Positions 10,764 to 19,647 of a stretch of 32,954 bases of DNA are shown piece after piece. The DNA is from Stramenopiles sp. TOSAG23-3. Taxonomy: Eukaryota. How positions within the stretch are numbered: the first letter of the stretch is position 1; each line of letters starts with the position of its first letter. A model generated the notes under the pieces. That model saw only the letters and a program-made list of their open reading frames with translations. It was not told where the DNA came from and did not search any database. The stretch lies in the NCBI GenBank assembly GCA_900128585.1, contig LT642211.1, forward strand, positions 1 to 32,954, given 5' to 3'. The translations under genes and the position numbers were made by a program.

Positions 10764-10859
10764 TGCAACAATGCTTTGAATCATCGGGCTAGTCTCGATC
10801 TCCCAGGCAGTGTATGTTTACTGCGGAGGCCGTCATTTGATTCCAACAAACTTGCTACA
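10764..10859 (-). promoter_or_regulatory. Candidate SECIS element in the 3' UTR of the inhibitor-3 gene
   Basis: Minus strand reads UGUAGCAAGUUUGUUGGAAUC-AA-AUGAC-GGCCUCCGCAGU-AAACAUAC-ACUGCCUGGGAGAUCGAGACUAGCC-CGAU-GAUUCAAAGCAUUGUUGCA. AUGA is at 10836-10833, AAA at 10819-10817 (12 nt after UGAC), and the 3' GA at 10785-10784. Pairings by eye: GAAUC/GAUUC, UGUAGCAA/UUGUUGCA, GGC/GCC, CUCC/GGAG, GCAGU/ACUGC. The 3' arm of helix II carries a non-canonical ~10 nt insertion. Confidence 0.62.
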
Positions 10860-10884
10860 GGAAGAGCAGCGCCGTCGTGCACAC

Positions 10885-11259
10885 TTACGAGCTACTGCCT
10901 TCTGCCCCAGCGTGGTGGTGGCGATGGTGATCATGGTCGTGATCGTGGCCGTGACCACGGTGGTGCTTTTTCTTGGCAGCCTTCTTCGTGGGCCGGGCCC
11001 GCTGCGGACCGCCATCGCTACTATCACTATCAGAGCCACTTCCCTCACTCTCCGTATCGCTCTCGTCAAACGCTTTGGGCTTATGGTATATTCAGCATTT
11101 CTTGCTGGATTTTCGCCCCAAATTTTCATTGTCTACAACACTTTCGTCCCAAGTCAACGTCGCACGCGGACGAAGTTGAAGCGTGTACGTAGGTGCCGGC
11201 TGTGGCTCGGCCGCAGCCGTTATGGTTCTACTCGCATTGCTAAGTTCTCTATTCTCCAT
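10885..11259 (-). CDS. PPP1R11: Protein phosphatase 1 inhibitor-3 (PPP1R11/Ypi1 family) with an in-frame TGA at codon 56, probable selenocysteine; 124 aa
   Basis: Manual translation: MENRELSNASRTITAAAEPQPAPTYTLQLRPRATLTWDESVVDNENLGRKSSKKC[TGA 11094-11092]IYHKPKAFDESDTESEGSGSDSDSSDGGPQRARPTKKAAKKKHHRGHGHDHDHDHHRHHHAGAEGSSS-TAA. It matches the family signature VxW...VDNExxGxKSSKxCCIYxKP..F.ES on both sides of the TGA. Confidence 0.9.
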
Positions 11260-11696
11260 GGTATGCAACACAATAAAAATCCCAAGGGGGCTAAACTGAT
11301 TTATCACCAGATGCTGTAGCAATATATGTTTCGTCAAGGTACTTAATAAGCGTTGGGATGGACAGTATCTACGTTTCAGTTTTAAATTACTTATCTCTTC
11401 TTTCATTTTTTTTCTTCATCTTCTTCTCTATCTTCTTCTTCTTCTTTGGTGGTGGTGGAGGAAATAAAACTGTTTCATCAAAAACAATATTTTATATTCT
11501 AATATATATTTAGATAGATAAACCATTATACTTATATAATATTTATATGAAAATCAAGAATAAAACCATGGGAAATCTTAATAGTATGTATATGTATACT
11601 AAGTGAAAATATTGAAATATTATATTTGTTCATCATGATGTATACTACATATAGTACATTAAAAATACAAGTATTACAATAATAATAATATTTTTG

Positions 11697-11922
11697 AAAA
11701 AAAGAGGAGAGGAGAGAAGAGAAGAGAAGAGAGGAGGACAGAGGAGAAGAACAAGAAGAAGAAGTAATGAAGAAGAATGAAGGAGAAGAAGAAGAAAAGG
11801 AAAAAAAGAGAAGAAGAAGAAGAAGACAAAGAAGAAGAAGAAAAAAAAAAGAAGAAGAGAAGAAGAAGAAGAAGAAGAAGAAGAAAGAAAGAAGAAGAAA
11901 GAAAGAAGAAGAAAGAAGAGAA
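11697..11922 (+). repeat. Purine-rich (GAA)n/(GA)n microsatellite tract
   Basis: Directly visible GAA/GAGA runs in the spacer between divergent genes. Confidence 0.9.
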
Positions 11923-12189
11923 GACACCACTATATAATTTTTTTATTATTGTTAGTAGAAGAGATAGACTACGGTACATTTGCTTCTTCTACTATTCTCT
12001 TCTTCTGCTTCATTAAATAACGAAACGAACGAACGAGACAATATAAATAAACAAACAAATGCAATGCTAATACAAAACAAGATAGAATAAGGAAAACAGA
12101 TACCTTGAACAAACATTGTGGAAAAGAAACAAATTGCCATCAAGTTGTTTCTAATAAAATTTAGAGGGCCAGTCGAAGACGCAGAAACG

Positions 12190-13110
12190 ATGGGGAGGGG
12201 GGAGGGTTTGCTTCGGGGTTGTGTGCTGTCTCTTTGTGTGTTGATGGTTGCTAGTGGTGGTGTTATCAAAGACGGTGCGATGCCAGATCCTTTCCGCCGT
12301 ATTTTGCGGGAGTTTACCCCCGCAATGCAAGGAAATGATGTCATTATTCTGCAGCACTTGCTGAACCGTAGTTCTAGTGAAACGAGCCTGGTTGCAACGG
12401 GACTGTACGACAAGGCGACCGTCGAGGCCGTCGTTAACTTTCAGCACTTGCACAAACCTTCGTCGGAAAAAGGCGTGTTTGGAGCCAACGAAGCCATTGC
12501 CCTTTTGGAATGCTGCAGCGACGATGGGTACACGGACGATGGGATCCCCGCACGAGTGAAAGGTTATATGTATAAGGTCCACGTAAAAGTAAACCAGAAC
12601 CGATCGTTTGAGCACAATGCCACGTTGTACGATGCAGACGGCGGTTACCTGTTTTCCTTCCGAGTCCGCCTTCACGGGCACTCCAGTGTGGTAAAGAACA
12701 CCACGTGGCCGTCTTACACGACCGACGTTGGTCGGAATCAATTTAGTAGCGGCGGCAACACGCCTACCGGCCTGATGAGTTTCGACCTGAATTCTCCAGA
12801 GGATGTCCCAAAATTATACGGGCCATACCCCGTAAACCGGGCCGTGGCAGGACTCGAAGGGAATGCAAAATTTTTGTTACCGCACATACGCAATGGAATT
12901 CTCATGCACACGGGCGAGTGGCCGGGGTGGCATGCACCCGAGTCAATGCCGAACAGTGCCGGCTGCATTCATTCTTGGCCTGCTAACATCAAATCCGTAT
13001 GGAATATTCTCGTTGGAAAGCTAGGCGTCGTTGTTCATAAAAATACCAATGGAAAGACTCCATACCCTTACAAACCACAAGGTCTCCTCAGCGTTGAGCA
13101 GATCCGCTAA
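12190..13110 (+). CDS. Secreted peptidoglycan-binding domain plus YkuD/L,D-transpeptidase-like catalytic domain protein
   Basis: First ATG at 12190, followed by a signal-like segment (LLRGCVLSLCVLMVASGG). PG_binding_1-like pattern MQGNDVIILQHLL...TGLYDKATVEAVVNFQ...GVFG; GNTPTG motif; C-terminal ILMH-x15-SAGCIH resembling the YkuD H-x14-17-[S/T]-x-G-C catalytic motif. Confidence 0.78.
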   Translation: MGRGEGLLRGCVLSLCVLMVASGGVIKDGAMPDPFRRILREFTPAMQGNDVIILQHLLNRSSSETSLVATGLYDKATVEAVVNFQHLHKPSSEKGVFGANEAIALLECCSDDGYTDDGIPARVKGYMYKVHVKVNQNRSFEHNATLYDADGGYLFSFRVRLHGHSSVVKNTTWPSYTTDVGRNQFSSGGNTPTGLMSFDLNSPEDVPKLYGPYPVNRAVAGLEGNAKFLLPHIRNGILMHTGEWPGWHAPESMPNSAGCIHSWPANIKSVWNILVGKLGVVVHKNTNGKTPYPYKPQGLLSVEQIR

Positions 13111-13254
13111 AAGTCATCGTATTATTAAAATCAAGAAATTGGCTGTTAGGGGGTGGGGGGGGGTGGTACCAATGAAAATATTGTACTTATAATATTTACC
13201 TATATCTATTGGTATAGTAATATATTTTCACCACTGTTTGATGCTAGCTTCTCC

Positions 13255-13348
13255 ACGGGAAGTTAGTCGGCGCTCTGTTGGTGTATTATTGCGCCTTGAA
13301 AATACAGCCAATAGCATCACGACACTTCCCCGAATTTCGGATCTAATA
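13255..13348 (+). repeat. Dispersed structured element, copy 1 (long hairpin plus short 3' hairpin); MITE/helitron-like end or ncRNA, unresolved
   Basis: ACGGGAAGTTAGTCGGCGCTCTGTTGGTGTATT...GCCTTGAAA...AATAGCATCAC..CACTTC...TTTCGGAT..CTAATAA recurs at 21946. Self-complementary arms: GGGAAGT/ACTTCCC, GTCG/CGAC, CTGTTGG/CCAATAG, TGTATT/AATACA. Confidence 0.85.
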
Positions 13349-13388
13349 AAGGTACCGTACCGTACCGTACGTGGATTGAGCTGAGCGT

Positions 13389-13478
13389 CTTTCTTTCTTT
13401 CTTTCTTTCTTTCTTTCGACTCTTTCTTTCTTTCTTTCTTTCGACTCTTTCTTTCTTTCTTTCTTTTCTTTCTTTCCT

Positions 13479-13514
<36 letters not shown>

Positions 13515-13520
13515 ACTTTC
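13389..13520 (+). repeat. (TTTC)n microsatellite
   Basis: Directly visible tetranucleotide array with a few interruptions. Confidence 0.95.
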
Positions 13521-14153
13521 TAATATAATAAAACTTTATTATATATACTGAGTATTATTGAATAAAATAATGTAATATTTTTTATAAAATAAATAATATA
13601 TATTTTTGACGTCAATCAATCAATCATCAACAACAACAACAGACCAGCAAATAAAGAAACAGAAAAAATATACTGTAATATTATAAGAAAAAATAATCGC
13701 GACGACGACCGAGGACGAGAAAGGAAGAAGAAGAATAGAAGAGGAGAGAGAGAGGAGAAAGAAGAAGAACCACCCCCCCATAGTAGGTACCTGTACCGGT
13801 AGAACCGACCTTGGTGGTAGGTATAGTATAATAAAATAAGAAAAGAAAAGCCGCCCCCGCCCCCCGCCCCCCCCCTGACGACGACCCGTAACGGAAAGAG
13901 CAAAAGTGGTGGTATTATAATACATATAAAATATACTCAACAAAAAAGTATGTATGAACACGATATACTGTTTACAAAAAAGAGCTAAAGTATATGTTTG
14001 CAATACACCCTTCTTTTCTTTCTTCACGTGTTAGTTTGTTGGATATCAAAAGCATACCACATAGAACGAATTGAAGTTTGTTGTTGTACACGTACAGACA
14101 CGTACATCTGGATACTGTAAGATAGATATATATATATAAAGATCAGCTTGGCC

Positions 14154-15452
14154 ATGCCGGGAAAACGACACAGGAAACGAGCGAAGAGAAAGGGCGAGAC
14201 TGCTGTAAGCGTTTTGGACGCGTTGGAAATACAACAGGCTCTGGTAATAAACAGCGAATGTTCCACGCCTATGTTACGGCAATTCTTTTTCACGGTTCAT
14301 GGGTATCGCGCGGTTGCGAGACAGTGCGTTGATCGTCAATATCTGATTTCTAGAACGATTCAGTCTCTGCATAAATTGTGGAGAGACGAACAAAAGGGTG
14401 GGCACACAAGCGCATGGGAATCGGACGGCGAGGCGAAGGTGTTGTCTATTGCATACATGGTAGAACAGTTTAAAGATCGACTCGTAAAAAGTCACTCTCG
14501 GCAGAACCGGAAGCTTGCGCCGCGCAAACAAAGCAAACGTTTAATGGAAACTGCAACACCGCTGCCGAGGAGACCGAGAGCCACGGAGAGGCGTTTGAAA
14601 CGGAAGCCGTCTAGGTTGCATGAGCACAATCCCGTTACAAGAAACTCCAAACGGTTGAAAAAAACTAATGACAAGCCTGATAGTCAAGCAAAAATCCAAA
14701 AGAAAAAGACCGCAAAGACTTCGACGCAGAAAAAAAACAGCGGAAAGACTTCGGCTGGTAAAGTCCTACTGTCGCCATCTGTGTCCAATAGTTCAGGAGG
14801 ACAAATAACGTCTCAGGCCTTTCAAGAGTTTGTTCAGCAGTACGACGGAGACAACGTCCATGCCATCGATTTTGTAGAGTTCCTTTCCGCGGACAAGGGT
14901 GACAAAGAACGGGCAGTCCTCCCACAAACTGGAAAAAAATTCAAACAAAGGTGGAAAGAGGAAGACGACGCGTATGAAAAAAAGTTGAACCTACGGAGGG
15001 GAAACGAGAAGGTGGGTCCAGGCATTAACACAGGCGCAAGTACAGAAGGCCTGCTCCCAGACACATTTCAGGGTGTAGAATCTTCGCCTGTGCCTTTGGC
15101 AGGCCCGAGCTGTATTGGCCATTGTCCTAGTGTAACGGGAGGACACCGGGGCAACGCGATGTTCGGCAAGGCCTCTAATCTTCAATGCAGCAATTCAAGC
15201 GAATCGACCGATGAGGTGTTGGCTGCCTTTCGAGATGATCTCGTGGAATTAGAAAATATCAAATCGTCAAACAGATTCACCACCATGCACTTGTTTAATA
15301 TGAGTGTTGTCCAAAAAATGTCAGATCAAATCCGGGCGAGTGCGAATGAAATTTTTCAAGACATTCACGGGAAGATTCAAAACCGGACCCATACTTTTCG
15401 CGATTCAGACGAAGAGTACAAATCGGATACGGAAGACTATTGCGTGGCCTAA
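14154..15452 (+). CDS. Hypothetical protein, basic and probably nuclear
   Basis: 432 aa from the first ATG, with coding-like GC content between AT-rich spacers and NLS-like basic clusters (PGKRHRKRAKRK). No family recognised. Confidence 0.7.
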   Translation: MPGKRHRKRAKRKGETAVSVLDALEIQQALVINSECSTPMLRQFFFTVHGYRAVARQCVDRQYLISRTIQSLHKLWRDEQKGGHTSAWESDGEAKVLSIAYMVEQFKDRLVKSHSRQNRKLAPRKQSKRLMETATPLPRRPRATERRLKRKPSRLHEHNPVTRNSKRLKKTNDKPDSQAKIQKKKTAKTSTQKKNSGKTSAGKVLLSPSVSNSSGGQITSQAFQEFVQQYDGDNVHAIDFVEFLSADKGDKERAVLPQTGKKFKQRWKEEDDAYEKKLNLRRGNEKVGPGINTGASTEGLLPDTFQGVESSPVPLAGPSCIGHCPSVTGGHRGNAMFGKASNLQCSNSSESTDEVLAAFRDDLVELENIKSSNRFTTMHLFNMSVVQKMSDQIRASANEIFQDIHGKIQNRTHTFRDSDEEYKSDTEDYCVA

Positions 15453-16044
15453 AGCTCTTCGGACCAGAAACGGAGAGATTGTCTCAACGGAGGTGTTTGA
15501 ATTCATATGAAATAATAACAAGAACATGCCAAATATAGGGGGAACACAAAATGTAATTGTCGGAGGTAATGAAAAACAAATTATATAGCCGGCAATGATG
15601 AAACAAAACGGGCGAAACTGCTGTATGGGGCATTATATTAAATTTTAAGATTCGCAAAATGTAAATAACAGCATGAATAAAAAACAAATTATATATTATT
15701 ATACCGGTAGCAATATCATCAATATGATTATAATAGTACACTATCATATGAGATTTGATTTGATACTTACGTACTTTTAGTATAAAAAATAAATAAATTT
15801 TATTAGTATGCTTTAAGACTCTCATGTTATACCAAATTACTATTATAAAGGTGATCTGTATTCAACAAATCGATTCTTCTACCAGTCAAAGTCCCTGAAA
15901 GTTTCATCCTTCAAAAAATGTGGGTTTTTGAAGTTTGGTGGTGGTGTGTTGTTTCAAAAGTATATGCCCCTCAACCCGAAACACCCGAACAAGCCAAAAC
16001 GCGCGACGATGCACACCGAAACTTCAATTCGCCCAGATCGTAAA

Positions 16045-16434
16045 TTAGCCCTTCTTCTTGCCTTTGCCAGAACTCGTCTTCAGGTTACCGCCAGCGGTCA
16101 ATTTGCCGCCCCTGTCCTTCTTTTGCTTCGAATCAAAGGCCTCTTTCTTCAAAGCGCTTTTGGTGGCACCGAATTCCGACTCGTACTTTGGGCACTCCAC
16201 ATTCTTCCAGTCCAATTTACTGTGTTTGCTGTCAAAGTGCGCCTCCATACTCTTTAAATTGGGCTGTTGGCTAAGGCAAATCTTGCACTTTACGGCAGCT
16301 TTGGCCCCCGCCGTCTTTCTTGCCTTGGCTGCTTTACCACCACCGCCTGCGGCACCATTCCTTTCCTTCGCTGCCTTGTGCTTGCCCGCGATCTCCTTGG
16401 CCGTATGTTTTTGCGCCTTTCCTTTTCTTCCCAT
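16045..16434 (-). CDS. Small C2H2 zinc-finger protein, MBS1 (METHYLENE BLUE SENSITIVITY)/ZNF706-related
   Basis: N-terminal KHTAKEIA.K...GGGK and CKIC...KSMEAHFDSKH match my recollection of the plant/algal MBS pattern (KHTAKEI..K...GGGKAG...CxxC...KxMxxHxxSKH). Confidence 0.75.
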   Translation of the reverse strand: MGRKGKAQKHTAKEIAGKHKAAKERNGAAGGGGKAAKARKTAGAKAAVKCKICLSQQPNLKSMEAHFDSKHSKLDWKNVECPKYESEFGATKSALKKEAFDSKQKKDRGGKLTAGGNLKTSSGKGKKKG

Positions 16435-17413
16435 CTTGACAATAAATTCGTTACGTCTCTTTCTCTCTCTCTCTTGCGTTCCAGCCTTTATGTTTGATCA
16501 ATTATATTAATCTATATGCGTCTAAGTAACGAAATGGTTACTGATTTCTCCTTTATATATATTTACATTCAGTCGTCTATATCTTCTTTTCGTTAGTTGT
16601 TATAATACCAGTAGTTTTGTTGTTCACCAAAACCATAATAGGTGTGGATGTGGTGAGCCCCGCCTCCTCCTCCTCCTCCCCCGTCCCCCGCCCACCAATA
16701 AAAAAATACAATTAGAAAAAACTATACACACAGCATCATCTATTATAGTAGTGTACTCTCCTAGCCATAATTGGGAATTTCAATATAATATAAACATAGC
16801 AAAGAGCACAGCAGGAAGGAAGGCAGGAAAGAAGGAAGAAGGAAGGAGGCAAGCACAGGGCACAGGCAAACTAAAAAACAAGAAGAATTGAATGAACCAA
16901 AAAAAACCAAATCAAATAAAATAATCAACAAAGAATGAATGAATATATAAATAGTAGTCGTCGTCCATAGTAATATAGCTATAGCTAATACGTATTATAT
17001 AGCAGGCAAACAAAAAAAAGGAATAAATGAATATGAAAATAGTAGTCTAAGTACTCACAGAATACACAATACGGTATGAAATTATTATATATTATACACA
17101 CAGTATAGAACCGACTAGCAAATAAAAAATAAAAATAATTGGCGCGCGGTTTTTGAACTACCCTTCTCTTCTTCTCGTTGTACGTAGGTGTTCAGAATTA
17201 AGGTTTTGTCATTGCTTCTTCTTTTCTTTCTTTCTTCTTCATTCTTGTGTCTTCGGGTGTACCAAGTATAATTTAATAGTCTATCAAAATACCTTGGTAT
17301 AATAAACATAATAATAAAATTATTATTAGATGTGGTCTAGTGTTTTTTTTTATTTTTATCTATTCTTACGGTACTGGCGTGGTAATAAAAATTATTTAAG
17401 TAAAAAAATGTTC

Positions 17414-18532
17414 TTACAGTATTGGGTTTGTATGTGCCCGTGCCCTGGTTGTGGCCAAGAAAGCAGCACTTGCATTGTTCGGCCGATGAATGCTAAACGA
17501 ATTGGACAAGCGCATGTTGGGCCCAGGGCCTGAATAATCTATCGTGTCCGCCAGAAGTCGGGCGGTTGTTGACCGAAAGGCCGTGGTATGGTGGTAGTCC
17601 TGCGTTTGCTGGTTCAGCCTGTGGGGGTCTGCGGGGTTTTGTAAAATCTCTAAGTCTTGGTTGTGGTCAAAATACGCAAGGTCCTTCTTCGAGGTCCCTG
17701 GGTCGGGAACAAGATGTCGGTTCGAGCATGGGTCAATGTACGCCCTGGCTCGCGACCAGGACGCCCGGTCCTGCACGATCGTGTTGGTCTTCGACTTGGA
17801 CTGCATTCGCATGAAGAAAAGCACTTTGTCTCGGTACAAACTTTCGTCGTCCTCTTCCCTCACTTTGAAATGCTGGTCAAACCACGACCCTCTCTTCTTT
17901 CCAATGCCAAATGGCAACAGCTGCTGGTTGCCCCCAGGCTTGGGGTACCCCCCCCGGTCCTTTATCCGCTGTTTCGCACGTGCCACCGCAATCTCCACTT
18001 TCTTCAGCGGGTTGACGTACTCCCGCCTCTTTCCACTATTGGCCGATCCCGCGTCGCTTCTCCGGCCCTCGCTCGGGGCTCCACCCGCCCCTGCCCCTCC
18101 TTCTCCTGCGCCACCCGGCATCTGTTTGTACCTTCTAATTTTTCGACTGTGTTCTAAGGAAGCGTTTGATGTTTTTTTCTTACTAAGGTTACGCCCGGAC
18201 GCCGCCATACTGTGCGCCCTGCTCACCGAGACCGAGCGGTCTTTCAACTGGTGCCTCAGTGTGGGGGAGCTCACCCCCCGGGAGGAGGCCAGCCGCGTCG
18301 GCAGGCCGGCCTTGGAGAAACTCCCCGCGTTCGACGAGGTTTTCCGGGGCTTGGTGTAATCCTGGGGCTTGGTGGAATATTCTGAAATGTAGTCCAAGTG
18401 ACGAAACCGCGACAGTCCCTGAAGAAGGTTCATCGAAGCGCTGCGCTTTACAATTTTCTTCGGTTTCCACGTGTCCATAAGCTCGTCCATGGAAGGCAGG
18501 GTCAACCCTCCTCTCCCAACGGTAGCCGCCAT
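17414..18532 (-). CDS. Hypothetical basic protein, weak resemblance to ODF3/STPG (SHIPPO-repeat) ciliary proteins
   Basis: First ATG at 18532 (MAATVGRGG), coding-like composition. Motifs AFRSTTARL, DYSGPGP and AFLATTRAR are only loosely SHIPPO-like, so the family call is weak. Confidence 0.65.
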   Translation of the reverse strand: MAATVGRGGLTLPSMDELMDTWKPKKIVKRSASMNLLQGLSRFRHLDYISEYSTKPQDYTKPRKTSSNAGSFSKAGLPTRLASSRGVSSPTLRHQLKDRSVSVSRAHSMAASGRNLSKKKTSNASLEHSRKIRRYKQMPGGAGEGGAGAGGAPSEGRRSDAGSANSGKRREYVNPLKKVEIAVARAKQRIKDRGGYPKPGGNQQLLPFGIGKKRGSWFDQHFKVREEDDESLYRDKVLFFMRMQSKSKTNTIVQDRASWSRARAYIDPCSNRHLVPDPGTSKKDLAYFDHNQDLEILQNPADPHRLNQQTQDYHHTTAFRSTTARLLADTIDYSGPGPNMRLSNSFSIHRPNNASAAFLATTRARAHTNPIL

Positions 18533-18895
18533 GATGGTAAGGGAGAAAACGGACGGGCAACCACAAAAATAAATATGCTGTGCGACTTTTAAGAGGACAA
18601 ACGGGATCAAGACAAACCGACAATTTTAATAAATAAGCAATACCTATATAACTCTCTTTTTTTCTACAAAATATTCATTCGAAAACTAGAAATACCACAG
18701 TGATTGAATAAGTTTAATATAATAATATTATTATTATTTTTTATAATAATAATAACGGATCGATCGCGATCATCTTCTTCTTCTACCTGGTACTACCAAG
18801 GTACAATCGATCATCATCATCACATCATCAAATCATCATTATTTATTAATTATAATAATAAATTCTCTCGTCGATCGATCCTCCCTCCTCCTCTT

Positions 18896-18898
18896 GTT

Positions 18899-18970
<72 letters not shown>

Positions 18971-19015
18971 TTTCTTTCTTTCTTTCTTTCTTCTCTTTCT
19001 TTCTTTCTTTCTTTC
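18896..19015 (+). repeat. (TTTC)n microsatellite
   Basis: Directly visible. Confidence 0.95.
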
Positions 19016-19483
19016 GACATTCTTACTACATAATACACCCTATTCTTAGACTATCACTAATAGAAAGAAGAAAAGTATTATAATTGAGGAGTCCCTATTC
19101 ACTCTAAATTCATTAAAATTAAAAAAGGGGGGGACAATCTGTACTATTACTAAAATGTCTATATAATTAATACATAGAGTACATAAATATATGCATAAAT
19201 AGTTATACTTTCAATTAGACTACAATCCTAGGCTTATAATTATTTCGATGCTGATGATAATATAAATATGCAATGGGAATAAGAGATAGTGAAGTTTAAA
19301 TTTTAATTCCTATATAAAACTCCTTAGGCTTGCTTCTATTTAACCATAGCCTACATAGCATTAGATACTGTGTTTATATTCAATTATTTATGAGCAATTC
19401 GTTATAATACACACACTACCTGATTTATACAAATTAGAATTCTTAGTCACAATGAATGGAATGAAAATTTTACAAGAAAGAAA

Positions 19484-19575
19484 CAAAGAAACATAGAAAG
19501 GGATTAAAAGTCACTTAGGGTACTTCTTTCAAAGAAACATAGAAAGGGGTTCAAAGTCACTTAGGGTGCTTCTTT
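19484..19575 (+). repeat. 46 bp tandem duplication upstream of the 19648 gene
   Basis: CAAAGAAACATAGAAAGGG(A/G)TT(A/C)AAAGTCACTTAGGGT(A/G)CTTCTTT occurs twice (19484-19529, 19530-19575) with 3 mismatches. Confidence 0.92.
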
Positions 19576-19647
19576 GTTTCTAGCTTCCTTTTATTTGTAT
19601 TTAACTTGCTTTTTTTCTGTGTATATTGTTCAGAGGCAGCAAGCACT

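Noticed and set aside
10572-11319. Plus-strand ORFs of 206, 169 and 68 aa
   Set aside because: They are antisense shadows of the inhibitor-3 gene and its UTR, with no recognisable motifs.
11092-11406. ORF-track 104 aa protein ending at ...SSKKC
   Set aside because: It starts in AT-rich upstream DNA and stops in the middle of the conserved inhibitor-3 motif. The better model is 11259-10885 with UGA recoding.
11532-12016. Poly-F/L/S and poly-K/E/R ORFs (similar ones at 8825-9024, 13616-14027 and 18704-19038)
   Set aside because: These are translations of microsatellite and AT-rich spacer DNA.
13255-13348. Dispersed element as tRNA, SECIS or hammerhead ribozyme
   Set aside because: It has no cloverleaf or TTC-containing T-loop in the right context, the minus-strand GUGA-to-AA spacing is too long for a SECIS and no UGA gene is adjacent, and there is no CUGANGA/GAAA core.
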